Source: Neoechinorhynchus agilis (lineage: Eukaryota > Animalia > Acanthocephala). Taken from it: a stretch of DNA of 64,000 nucleotides. The DNA is taken from NCBI GenBank assembly GCA_051530055.1, contig CM121342.1, forward strand, positions 6,509,489-6,573,488, read 5' to 3'. The notes beneath the pieces were generated by a model, which saw only the letters and a list, made by a program, of their open reading frames with translations, did not search any database and was not told the DNA's origin. A program made the position numbers and the translations under genes. Position 1 is the stretch's first letter. Every line of letters begins with the position of its first letter. Positions 13,501 through 23,900 of the stretch are shown piece after piece.

Positions 13501-14359
13501 CGAGAAATAACCGTGAAAATCTTGCAAAGATTTCATTCGAATGGAAAAAAGGAGGAATTTATGAATTTTTTAAAATCTCAAAGGAAAACATTAAAGTAGA
13601 ATTCAAATGTGAAGGAATTTTTAGGCGACAAGAACGAGAAATAACCGTGAAAATCTTGCAAAGATTTCATTCGAATGGAAAAAGGAATTTATGAATTTTT
13701 GTAAAATCTCAAAGGAAAACATTAAAGTAGAATTCAAATGTGAAGGAAATGGTACCTCCCGAATACAATATATTCCAAATCTGTTACATTAGGGAGCGAA
13801 TGAATACGGTCGATCTTCAAACAAAACGTTCTTTATCGATCGAAGGGCAAAACAATAAATTTAATATTTTCTATCCAACGCTTAGCGGAAAAAATTAAAA
13901 AATAACTTTAGTTAAATCCGATTATTTTCGAAGAGGCATAAACAAGCAATTTAAGGAATGGTTAAAAAATCTTCAAATGAAGAAAAATACGATAAAATCA
14001 ACAAAATTGAATTCATATCGACAGAAAATCATTTTGACTTGTATGCGATGAAAAATAGTCGGCCAGTTAAAAATCGTTTTATTGTTTACGAATAATAAAA
14101 TGATTTTTAACCGGGCGAGTATGATGCATTCTCGTCCGAAGAATGCTTTTAAAGTATCCCGAATATCGAGATTAACATCGTATTGGAGCTGCAACACAGC
14201 CGGATCCAAGTTTATTGTAAAAACAGGCAATCCAAGTTCCTTTCGTTTTTTCCAAATCTTCCCAACAAAAGAAGTTTTTCCCGATCCAGCCATTCCGATC
14301 ACCACCACACACAACGGCGCTAAATTTATATCATTGGAATGTTCACTGTGATTGGACAT
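10517..14359 (-). CDS. GPN1: GPN-loop GTPase 1; exons 14359-14151 and 11261-10517 (317 aa) joined by a non-canonical intron
   Basis: GMAGSGKT, INLDPA, DIRDTL|NYQTVMQTYKLGPNGAILTSLNLF and DTPGQIESFTWSASG. Exon sum 954 nt is in frame. Confidence 0.92.
11262..14150 (-). other. Non-canonical intron AA...AT (2889 nt) with paired ends
   Basis: ACT TT|AAAAGCATTCTTCGGA...TCCGATGACTGCTAAAT|A AAC TAT restores DIRDTxNY. A TAAA repeat at the junction lets the boundary slide. AGCA/TGCT and TCGGA/TCCGA can pair. Confidence 0.72.
11365..13748. repeat. Tandem array, ~135-bp unit, ~17-18 copies, inside the GPN1 intron
   Basis: GAACGAGAAATAACCGTGAAAATCTTGC repeats; the ORF track shows a 45-codon periodicity. 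Confidence 0.97.
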
Positions 14360-14499
14360 TTCTAAAACAATGGGGTTTTTTAACAAAAAAATTGTGATTT
14401 ATATATATAGAGATTAAATCCTATATAAATATGGTTTTAATCTACATCAATAGTTTTTTTGAAAAAAGTATTTACCGATTAAAAGTCTAATTGGACTAA

Positions 14500-15420
14500 G
14501 AAGATTTAAAATCAAGAGATGAACAAGGAAAATCTTTTTTTAGTTTTAATTTTTCAAAATCGTGCCCCAATCTCAAAAATATTCGCGAAATTCGTTTCGC
14601 TAAATTGCAATTTTAGATTGTCTTTTTTTATACGGTAAAAAAAGATTTAAAATCAAGAGATGAACAAGGAAAATCTTTTTTTAGTTTTAATTTTTCAAAA
14701 TCGTGCCCCAATCTCAAAAATATTCGCGAAATTCGTTTCGTTAAATTCTAATTTTAGATTGTCTTTTTTTATACGGTAAAAAAAGATTTAAAATCAAGAG
14801 ATGAACAAGGAAAATCTTTTTTCAGTTTTAATTTTTCAAAATCGTGCCCCAATCTCAAAAATATTCGCGAAATTCGTTTCGCTAAATTGCAATTTTAGAT
14901 TGTCCTTTTTTTATACGGTAAAAAAAGATTTAAAATCAAGAGATGAACAAGGAAAATCTTTTTTCAGTTTTAATTTTTCAAAATCGCGCCCCAATCTCAA
15001 AAATATTCGCGAAATTCGTTTCGCTAAATTGCAATTTTAGATTGTCCTTTTTTATACGGTAAAAAAAGATTTAAAATCAAGAGATGAACAAGGAAAATCT
15101 TTTTTTAGTTTCAATTTTTCAAAATCGTGCCCCAATCTCAAAAATATTCGCGAAATTCGTTTCGTTAAATTCTAATTTTAGATTGTCTTTTTTTATACGG
15201 TAAAAAAAGATTTAAAATCAAGAGATGAACAAGGAAAATCTTTTTTCAGTTTTAATTTTTCAAAATCGTGCCCCAATCTCAAAAATATTCATGAAGTTCC
15301 GTTCGCTAAATTGCAATTTTAGATTGTCCTTTTTTTATACGGTAAAAAAAGATTTAAAATCAAGAGATGAACAAGGAAAATCTTTTTTAAGTTTTAATTT
15401 TTCAAAATCGTGCCCCAATC
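14500..15420. repeat. Tandem array, ~141-bp unit, ~6.5 copies
   Basis: AAATCAAGAGATGAACAAGGAAAATC repeats; 14801 to 15225 equals 3 units. Confidence 0.95.
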
Positions 15421-16494
15421 TCTCCCTCCCTTGCGCTGCGCCTCCAGAGATTTCGAGAGAGTAGGGAATGTTCAATTCATCAAGAGATGAACAAAGTCGA
15501 CAAAATCGTGCCATAATTTCCAAAATATTCATGTTCTTGAATGTGGCAAGTTCAAGCAAGATTACGAAAATGCAAAAAATACTACGAATTCACGACGAAA
15601 AGAATTAATCTCATTAACAAATGTCGCCATTGGTCAAAAGTAGCAAATCAGAGAAGAGCATCGATTGGAAAAAACGTAACTCGCGATAATTCTTCCAGAT
15701 TGATGATGTCATTTGGTTATTGGCTAACCCGAAAAGTACGAATCGGTCAGAGAAACGATTCGAAATATCTGGATAAAGTATTTTATATCCAACGGAAATT
15801 ATGATTACCACACATTACTTTCTTTTTCACCAAAAAAGTTTGTTGGAGAGGATGCTAAAAAACTTTTAAATTCAAAATTGGATCGAACGCGACCGGTAGA
15901 TTTACAACGTTTAGAGAAGACCGCCGGTTTTTAAAGTGCAAATAAAAATCTCTCGTTTGCGAGGCGCGTGATTCGTCGCTCACCAATTAAGTTGCTTTTT
16001 TTTCAAGCCACAAATTCAGGTTATTGGTTAAAGGTTCCTATTTTCGGTTTGCCCTCATCATCTACACAGGTTAAAGCTAACGAAACAGATTTGGACCTCC
16101 AACGAAAAAAAAATAATTTTCTATCTCCATTTTAGTTTAATGTTTCACTTGAGATTTCTATTTAAACGAATCTCGTTTTAAATCATCGCGCGATTTTGAA
16201 ATAATCGTTTATTTCAATTAAGAAAATTAATTATGATGGTGAACTGAATAAAAAAATTATGAATATATTAATCAGAATTTTCGACCAATGCGTTGGTCGA
16301 AGAGAAATGGATTTTGGGGAAAGACCCTTCAATTGAGCGAGATTATGACATTGGAGATGTATTTCAAGATTTTATTTGGAACCAAACTTTGTTTAAATTT
16401 GCCTACAATAAAGATATAAATATTTTCCGAACTTCCGAGCCTTACGAAATCACCTTTGTTTTTAATTGGAACTGCGATTCCAAGGGATAAAACT

Positions 16495-16620
16495 TCTTTT
16501 CGAAAATTGGCATTGAACTGAATGCTGCGAAATGCGAGATTTTAGTGATGAACATCGAAAAAATAACCATGAACCACTTTTAGAAACTGTACCCCGCGAT
16601 AACAGTACATTGAGGAGATT
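16495..16620 (+). mobile_element. Small CRE-like RT fragment
   Basis: [21 protein letters not shown] matches SKMGIELNSSKCELLLMNMDE of the element at 6347-6565. Confidence 0.65.
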
Positions 16621-16706
16621 CTCAATAAGAGGAAGTTGAGGAATAAATTTTTGTATGACTTTAGAAAATGCTTCAAAGACCGAATGATCGTACACAGAAC
16701 TTGAAA

Positions 16707-17582
16707 TATATTCATAATTTTTCCTTCAGTTCACCATCATAATTAATTCCTAAATAAATATCTACACCATAATTTTTCCTTCAGTTCACCATCATAATTA
16801 ATTCCTAAATAAATATCTACACAATTAAGAAAATCGATACTTTTATGTTCGTCTCTTTGATTGATAATTTTTCCTTCGTTCAATATAATTAATTCTAAAA
16901 AGTATATTTAAATTAAAAAATCGATACTTTTATGTTCTCCTTTCGATTGATAATTTTCTTCATTCCACCTATAATTAATTCCTAAATAAATATCTACACC
17001 ATAATTTTTCCTTCAGTTCACCATCATAATTAATTCCTAAATGAATATCTACACAATTAAGAAAATCGATACTTTATGTTCGTCTCTTTCGATTGATAAT
17101 TTTCCTTCAGTTCACCATCATAATTAATTCCTAAATAAATATCTACACCATAATTTTTCCTTCAGTTCACATTATAATTAATTCCTAAATGAATATCTAC
17201 ACAATTAAGAAAATCGATACTTTTATGTTCGTCTCTTTCGATTGATAATTTTTCCTCCAGTTCACCATCATAATTAATTCCTAAATAAATATCTACACCA
17301 TAATTTTTCCTTCAGTTCACCATCATAATTAATTCCTAAATAAATATCTACACAATTAAGAAAATCGATACTTTTATGTTCGTCTCTTTCGATTGATAAT
17401 TTTTCCTTCAGTTCACCACCATAATTAATTCCTAAATAAATATCTACACCATAATTTTTCCTTCAGTTCACCATCATAATTAATTCCTAAATGAATATCT
17501 ACACAATTAAGAAAATCGATACTTTTATGTTCGTCTCTTTCGATTGATAATTTTTCCTTCAGTTCACCATCATAATTAATTC
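16707..17582. repeat. Composite tandem array (~55-bp monomer alternating with a ~95-bp variant)
   Basis: ATAATTTTTCCTTCAGTTCACCATCATAATTAATTCC repeats; AATTAAGAAAATCGATAC appears in every second unit. Confidence 0.92.
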
Positions 17583-19150
17583 CCGAGATCATTTTTAAAC
17601 CAGAAAATCGAAACCGCTAAATTCTTTGTCTTTGAGAAAAGAAGGTTTTTTTTTTTAAAGAAAAAGAAAATCGAAACCGTTCAATTCTTTGTCTTTAAGA
17701 AAGAAAAGGTTTGAGATTATTTTCTAAAAGAAAAAGAAAATCGAAACCGCTAAATTCTTTGTCTTTAAGAAAAAAAAGGTTTGAGATCATTTTTTAAAAT
17801 AAAAGGAAAATCGAAACCGCTAAATTCTTTGTCTTTAACAAAAAAAAGGTTTGAGATCATTTTTAAACCAGAAAATCGAAACCGCTAAATTCTTTGTCTT
17901 TGAGAAAAGAAGGTTTTTTTTAAAGAAAAAGAAAATCGAAACCGTTCAATTCTTTGTCTTTAAGAAAGAAAAGGTTTGAGATTATTTTCTAAAAGAAAAA
18001 GAAAATCCAAACCGCTAAATTCTTTGCCTTTAAGAAAAAAGGTTTGAGATCATTTTTAAACCAGAAAATCGAAACCGCAAAATTCTTTGCCTTTAATAAT
18101 AAAAAAAGGTTTGAGATCATTTTCTAAAAGAAAAAGAAAATCGAAACCGCTAAATTCTTTGTCTTTAATAAAAAAAAGGTTTGAGATTATTTTTAAACCA
18201 GAAAATCGAAACCTCTTTGTCTTCAAAGAAAAAAAGGTTTGGTTTTTGCTAAATTCTTTGTCTTTAATAAAAAAAGGTTTGAGATTAACTTTTAAACCAG
18301 AAAATCGAAACCTCTTTGTCTTCAAAGAAAGAAAAGGTTTGAGATTATTTTCTAAAAGAAAAAGAAAATCGAAACCGCTAAATTCTTTGTCTTTAAGAAA
18401 AAAAGGTTTTTTTAAACAAAAAGAAAATCGAAACCGTTAAATTCTTTGTCTTTAAGAAAAGAAGGTTTGAGATTAACTTTTAAACCAGAAAATCGAAACC
18501 GCAAAATTCTTTGTCTTTAACAAAAGAAGGTTTGAGATTATTTTTAAAAAAGAAAATCGAAACCGCTAAATTCTTTGTCTTTAAGAAAAAAAAGGTTTGA
18601 GATCATTTTTAAACCAGAAAATCGAAACCGCTAAATTCTTTGTCTTTAAGAAAAGAAGGTTTGAGATTATTTTCTAAAAGAAAAAGAAAATCGAAACCGC
18701 ACAATTCTTTGCCTTTAATAATAAAAAAAGGTTTGAGATTAATTTTTAAAACAAAAAATCGAAACCGCTAAATTCTTTGTCTTTAAGAAAAAAAGGTTTG
18801 AGATTATTTTTTAAAACAGAAAATCGAAACCGTTCTTTGTCTTTAAAGAAAAAAAGGTTTGAGATTATTTTTAAAAAAAAGTGGCTAAATTCTTTGTCTT
18901 TAATAAAAAAAAGGTTTGAGATTAACTTTTAAACCAGAAAATCGAAACCTCTTTGTCTTCAAAGAAAAAAAGGTTTGAGATTATTTAAAAAAAAGCTAAA
19001 TTCTTTGTCTTTAATAAAAAAAAAGGTTTGAGATTAACTTTTAAACCAGAAAATCGAAACCTCTTTGTCTTCAAAGAAAAAAAGGTTTGAGATTATTTAA
19101 AAAAAAGCTAAATTCTTTGTCTTTAATAAAAAAAAGGTTTGAGATTATTT
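17583..19150. repeat. Heterogeneous tandem array, ~55-62-bp unit
   Basis: AGAAAATCGAAACCGCTAAATTCTTTGTCTTT...AAGGTTTGAGAT repeats more than 20 times. Confidence 0.92.
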
Positions 19151-19265
19151 TGCTAACAAAACCCAAATCGAACGCGTTCAATTGTTTGTTTTTCGACAAC
19201 GTTACGGAAGAACAACACCGGAACAAGTGTTTTACAAAAGATTCGATTTTGGTTTCCGTTTAAAG

Positions 19266-19820
19266 ATGAGCTCAGGTCAGCACGGTTATCGGATGCGAGC
19301 CACGAATGAAATAAGCGATCCGGTGGCCCGTCGGTCTACGGTCCTTTTACAGAAGCAACTGCGGGACTTGCTCAAAGACCCTGATGCCGGGTTCTCGGCT
19401 GGATTAGCGAACGATGACGACATTTACGTTTGGAATGTAGTTGTGATTGGTCCACCTCAGACACCTTACGAGGGTGGATTTTTTAAAGCAGTTCTCCATT
19501 TCCCAGTGGATTATCCAATGCGGCCGCCTAAAATGACGTTTACCAGTGAAATATGGCATCCGAATATTGGTACGGACGGTAAAGTGTGCATTAGCATCCT
19601 CCATGAACCCGGCGATGACCAATTTGGATACGAAACCGCTTGTGAACGATGGCTACCCGTTCATACCGTAGAAACGATTCTTGTTTCGGTGATCAGCATG
19701 CTCTCTGATCCAAATGACGAAAGTCCGGCCAATGTAGATGCTGCGAAACAATTCAGGGACGATTATCAGGGATTTAAACGAAGGGTTCATGAATGCGTTC
19801 GAAAATCACAAGACTTCTGA
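19266..19820 (+). CDS. UBE2G1: Ubiquitin-conjugating enzyme E2 G (Ubc7 family), intronless
   Basis: LLQKQLRDL...GFSAGL, WHPNIGTDGKVCISILHEPGDDQFGYE (acidic insertion) and ERWLPVHTVETIL...SPANVDAA. First ATG taken as start. Confidence 0.93.
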   Translation: MSSGQHGYRMRATNEISDPVARRSTVLLQKQLRDLLKDPDAGFSAGLANDDDIYVWNVVVIGPPQTPYEGGFFKAVLHFPVDYPMRPPKMTFTSEIWHPNIGTDGKVCISILHEPGDDQFGYETACERWLPVHTVETILVSVISMLSDPNDESPANVDAAKQFRDDYQGFKRRVHECVRKSQDF

Positions 19821-19825
19821 AAAAA

Positions 19826-20184
19826 TTCGAGTAGAATATTTTTTTAAAGATATTACGAGCGAATGGTTCTTTGATTCCCCAAAAGTCGCTTTTCTAAAAT
19901 CGAGTAGAATATTTTTTTAAAGATATTACGAGCGAATGGTTCTTTGATTCCCCAAAAGTCGCTTTTCTAAAATCGAGTAGAATATTTTTTTAAAGATATT
20001 ACGAGCGAATGGTTCTTTGATTCCCCAAAAGTCGCTTTTCTAAAATCGAGTAGAATATTTTTTTTAAAGATATTACGAGCGAATGGTTCTTTGATTCCCC
20101 AAAAGTCGCTTTTCTAAAATCGAGTAGAATATTTTTTTAAAGATATTACGAGCGAATGGTTCTTTGATTCCCCAAAAGTCGCTT
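19826..20184. repeat. Tandem array, ~73-bp unit, 5 copies, directly after the UBE2G stop
   Basis: CGAGTAGAATATTTTTT...CCCCAAAAGTCGCTT at 19828, 19901, 19974 and onward. Confidence 0.95.
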
Positions 20185-20240
20185 CTAATTTCGATTTATA
20201 TTGAGTTGGGTAAAATACTCCCGTTTTCTCTCTTCGACAG

Positions 20241-20806
20241 ATAACGGACGAAACTCTAGAGACGATCGGTAAAGTGGGCAAGAATATCGAATGGCTGGTA
20301 AGTTTGAATATAATTTTTGGGCATACATCGATGCTTTTAGAATCTCTCGAGATGTGACCAGATTACTGATTCTGGAATACAAGCTCTTTGCTTTCGGCAC
20401 GAATTGCAATGCAATTTACGAGTTTTAGAGCTTGATAACTGTTCTCATGTAGACTTATTGAGTTTGTGATCATCACGGAGGATCGGCTGAATCACAAGTT
20501 CAATTGATATCTGATGAATCCTTAAAGACTCTCTTGAAATGTTTGAATTTGTGTCGTTTAGAAATGTTCGATTGTAGTCGAGTATCTCAAAAGGCTATCG
20601 ATGAATTCCGGATGGAAAGGCCGGATGTTATGCTTCATTCTTATTTTGTGTTCAGGAGTGAAAACATCGAAGACGAACCGGAGCGTCGATTTCTTAGAAG
20701 AAGAAGGAGAAGGCGGCACAATAATGAGAACGGCGAGAGACGTTGGTTGCGAGATATCGTGTTTCGAAGAACTGAACGAGTCGTTCAATGCTGTGCTATT
20801 GCTTAA
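20241..20806 (+). CDS. FBXL2/FBXL20-like LRR protein, 3' part only; exons 20241-20297, 20341-20450, 20509-20806
   Basis: ITDETLETIGKVGKNIEWL|NLSRCDQITDSGIQAL...LRVLELDNCSHV|SDESLKTLLKCLNLCRLEMFDCSRVSQKAI...HSYF aligns with the FBXL2/20 C-terminal LRR-CC repeats. No start codon found. Confidence 0.78.
20451..20508 (+). other. Non-canonical intron AG...AT (58 nt) with a 14-bp stem
   Basis: CAT GT|AGACTT ATTGAGTTTGTGAT...ATCACAAGTTCAAT TGAT|A TCT. The stem has 12 Watson-Crick and 2 G-U pairs; splicing here keeps the LRR Cys of LELDNC. Confidence 0.78.
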
Positions 20807-20906
20807 ATTAAAACTTAGTGACGATTTTGTCGTTTAAAAAAAAGAAATTTCTACTTTTAATTCAAAATGATTTTGGGCCTTCGATTATATCAAAGTGATT
20901 TCGTTG

Positions 20907-23900
20907 TTAGATCAGCAACGGCTTTATCATTCTAAGGAACTCTTGTTGATTCTCGGCATCCATTGACATGAACATTTTCATGAGTTTTCTAGACGAAGCA
21001 CTTCGAACAAACGTCAATATCCACACGTACGTAAAAGTGAACATTGCGTATTGGCAATCAAATCGATCCATAAATCCGCCATGACCGGGAATGGTATCGG
21101 AAAAATCCTTAATCTTAAACGCTCGTTTGAATCCACTGGCAAAAAATCCACCAAATGGTCCAATCAATGAAGCAAACAATGATAAAGCGATGGCGTGCAC
21201 TTGAAACGGGTATAAATCCACATGAAACATGTTGAGATATTTAAATATTAAAGGAAGTTCATAAGTTTGAAGCTGGAATAATCGACCGGGAGTACATTCG
21301 TCGCTGGTTTGAACGTCTTGAACTGGACATACGAGATAGTTGTACTGAGCCAAATGTCCACTTACAAAGAAACCAAGAATTAAAGTAATCAACGCACCGC
21401 CTATGAATCCTTCCCATGTCTTTTTAAAGCAATGAATCCTGTTGAAAACTACAATAACGATTTGGAGCTTATTTGGTTCGAAGTTTCCTCTTTAAATATT
21501 AAAATAGGCATTTGATCATCTTTAAAAAAAAGGATAACGTGTAAAACAACCTTTTTTTTCGTACTCGCCATAAAAAAAGGTCGATTTTTTAGCTTAGAAA
21601 AAGAGAATTCTTGTAATGAAGCAACAGTGCTTTTTCGGTTAATTAACGGGAAAAGACCAGAGTTTGTGTTTGGTTGCGCTAAACTCAACAATTAAGACGA
21701 CCCAAACAACCACGGGAACCATGTATCTTTGGATTCGTTCTGTTTGAGACTGTAACAGAACCAGACCCACTACAGCGGAGATCCCGGCGACCATGGACAA
21801 TCCCGAGGCTATTCTCTTCCCGAAACGAATTCTAAGACTTTCCTCACGAGAATATAACTTTTTAGTGTTATAATTTTTTTGGGAACCAAAAAAAACCTTA
21901 GATTTGTTGTCAATTTTTACAGAATCGATTTCTTTTCGGATTCCCGAAACGAATTCTAAGACTTTCCTCACGAGAATATAACTTTTTAGTGTTATAATTT
22001 TTTTGGGCACCAGAAAAAACCTTAGATTTGTTGTCAATTTTTACAGAATCGATTTCTTTTCGGATTCCCGAAACGAATTCTAAGACTTTCCTCAGGAGAA
22101 TATAAATTTTTAGTGTTATAATTTTTTTGGGCACCAGAAAAAACCTTAGATTTGTTGTCAATTTTTACAGAATCGATTTCTTTTCGGATTCCCGAAACGA
22201 ATTCTAAGACTTTCCTCAGGAGAATATAAATTTTTAGTGTTATAATTTTTTTGGGCACCAGAAAAAACCTTAAATTTGTTGTCAATTTTTACAGAATCGA
22301 TTTCTTTTCGGATTTCCGAAACGAATTCTAAGACTTTCCTCAGGAGAATATAACTTTTTAGTGTTATAATTTTTTTGGGCACCAGAAAAAACCTTAGATT
22401 TGTTGTCAATTTTACAGAATCGATTTCTTTTCGGATTTCCGCAACGAATTCTAGACTTTCCTCACGAGAATATAACTTTTTGTTATAATTTTTTTGGGCA
22501 CCAGAAAAAACCTTAGATTTGTCAATTTTCAGAATCGATTTCTTTTCGGATTTCCGCAACGAATTCTAAGACTTTCCTCACGAGAATATAACTTTTTGGT
22601 GTTATAATTTTTGGGCACCGAAAAAACCTTAATTTGTTGTCAATTTTTACAGAATCGATTTCTTTTCGGATTCCCGAAACGAATTTAAACTTTCCTCAGG
22701 AGAATATAACTTTTTAGTGTTATAATTTTTTGGGCACCAGAAACCTTAGATTTGTTGTCAATTTTTACAGAATCGATTTCTTTTCGGATTCCCGAAACGA
22801 ATTCTAAGACTTTCCTCAGGAGAATATAACTTTTTAGTGTTATAATTTTTTTGGGCACCAGAAAAAACCTTAGATTTGTTGTCAATTTTTACAGAATCGA
22901 TTTCTTTTCGGATTTCCGAAACGAATTCTAAGACTTTCCTCACGAGAATATAACTTTTTAGTGTTATAATTTTTTTGGGCACCAGAAAAAACCTTAGATT
23001 TGTTGTCAATTTTTACAGAATCGATTTCTTTTCGGATTTCCGCAACGAATTCTAAGACTTTCCTCACGAGAATATAACTTTTTGGTGTTATAATTTTTTT
23101 GGGAACCAGAAAAAACCTTAGATTTGTTGTCAATTTTTACAGAATCGATTTCTTTTCGGATTCCCGAAACGAATTCTAAGACTTTCCTCAGGAGAATATA
23201 AATTTTTAGTGTTATAATTTTTTTGGGCACCAGAAAAAACCTTAGATTTGTTGTCAATTTTTACAGAATCGATTTCTTTTCGGATTCCCGAAACGAATTC
23301 TAAACTTTCCTCACGAGAATATAATTTTTGTGTTATAATTTTTTTGGGACCAAAAACTTAATTTGTTGTCTTTTGTTTTTTTGGTTGGTTTAAGACTTTC
23401 CTAGGAGAATATAACTTTTTGTGTTATAATTTTTTTGGACCGAAAAAACCTTAATTTGTTGTCAATTTTTACAGAATGATTTCTTTTCGGATTTCCGCAA
23501 CGAATTCTAAGACTTTCCTCACGAGAATATAACTTTTTGGTGTTATAATTTTTTTGGGCACCAGAAAAAACCTTAGATTTGTTGTCAATTTTTACAGAAT
23601 CGATTTCTTTTCGGATTCCCGAAACGAATTCTAAGACTTTCCTCAGGAGAATATAACTTTTTAGTGTTATAATTTTTTTGGGCACCAGAAAAAACCTTAA
23701 ATTTGTTGTCAATTTTTACAGAATCGATTTCTTTTCGGATTCCCGAAACGAATTCTAAGACTTTCCTCAGGAGAATATAACTTTTTGGTGTTATAATTTT
23801 TTTTTTTTGTGTTTTTTTGTTGTTCTAAGACTTTCCTCAGAGAATATAATTTTTAGTGTTATAATTTTTTGGGCACCAGAAAAAACCTTAGATTTGTTGT

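Noticed and set aside
19182-19265. ORF-track N-terminal extension of UBE2G
   Set aside because: It starts at TTG next to satellite DNA with no E2 similarity; the first ATG is at 19266.
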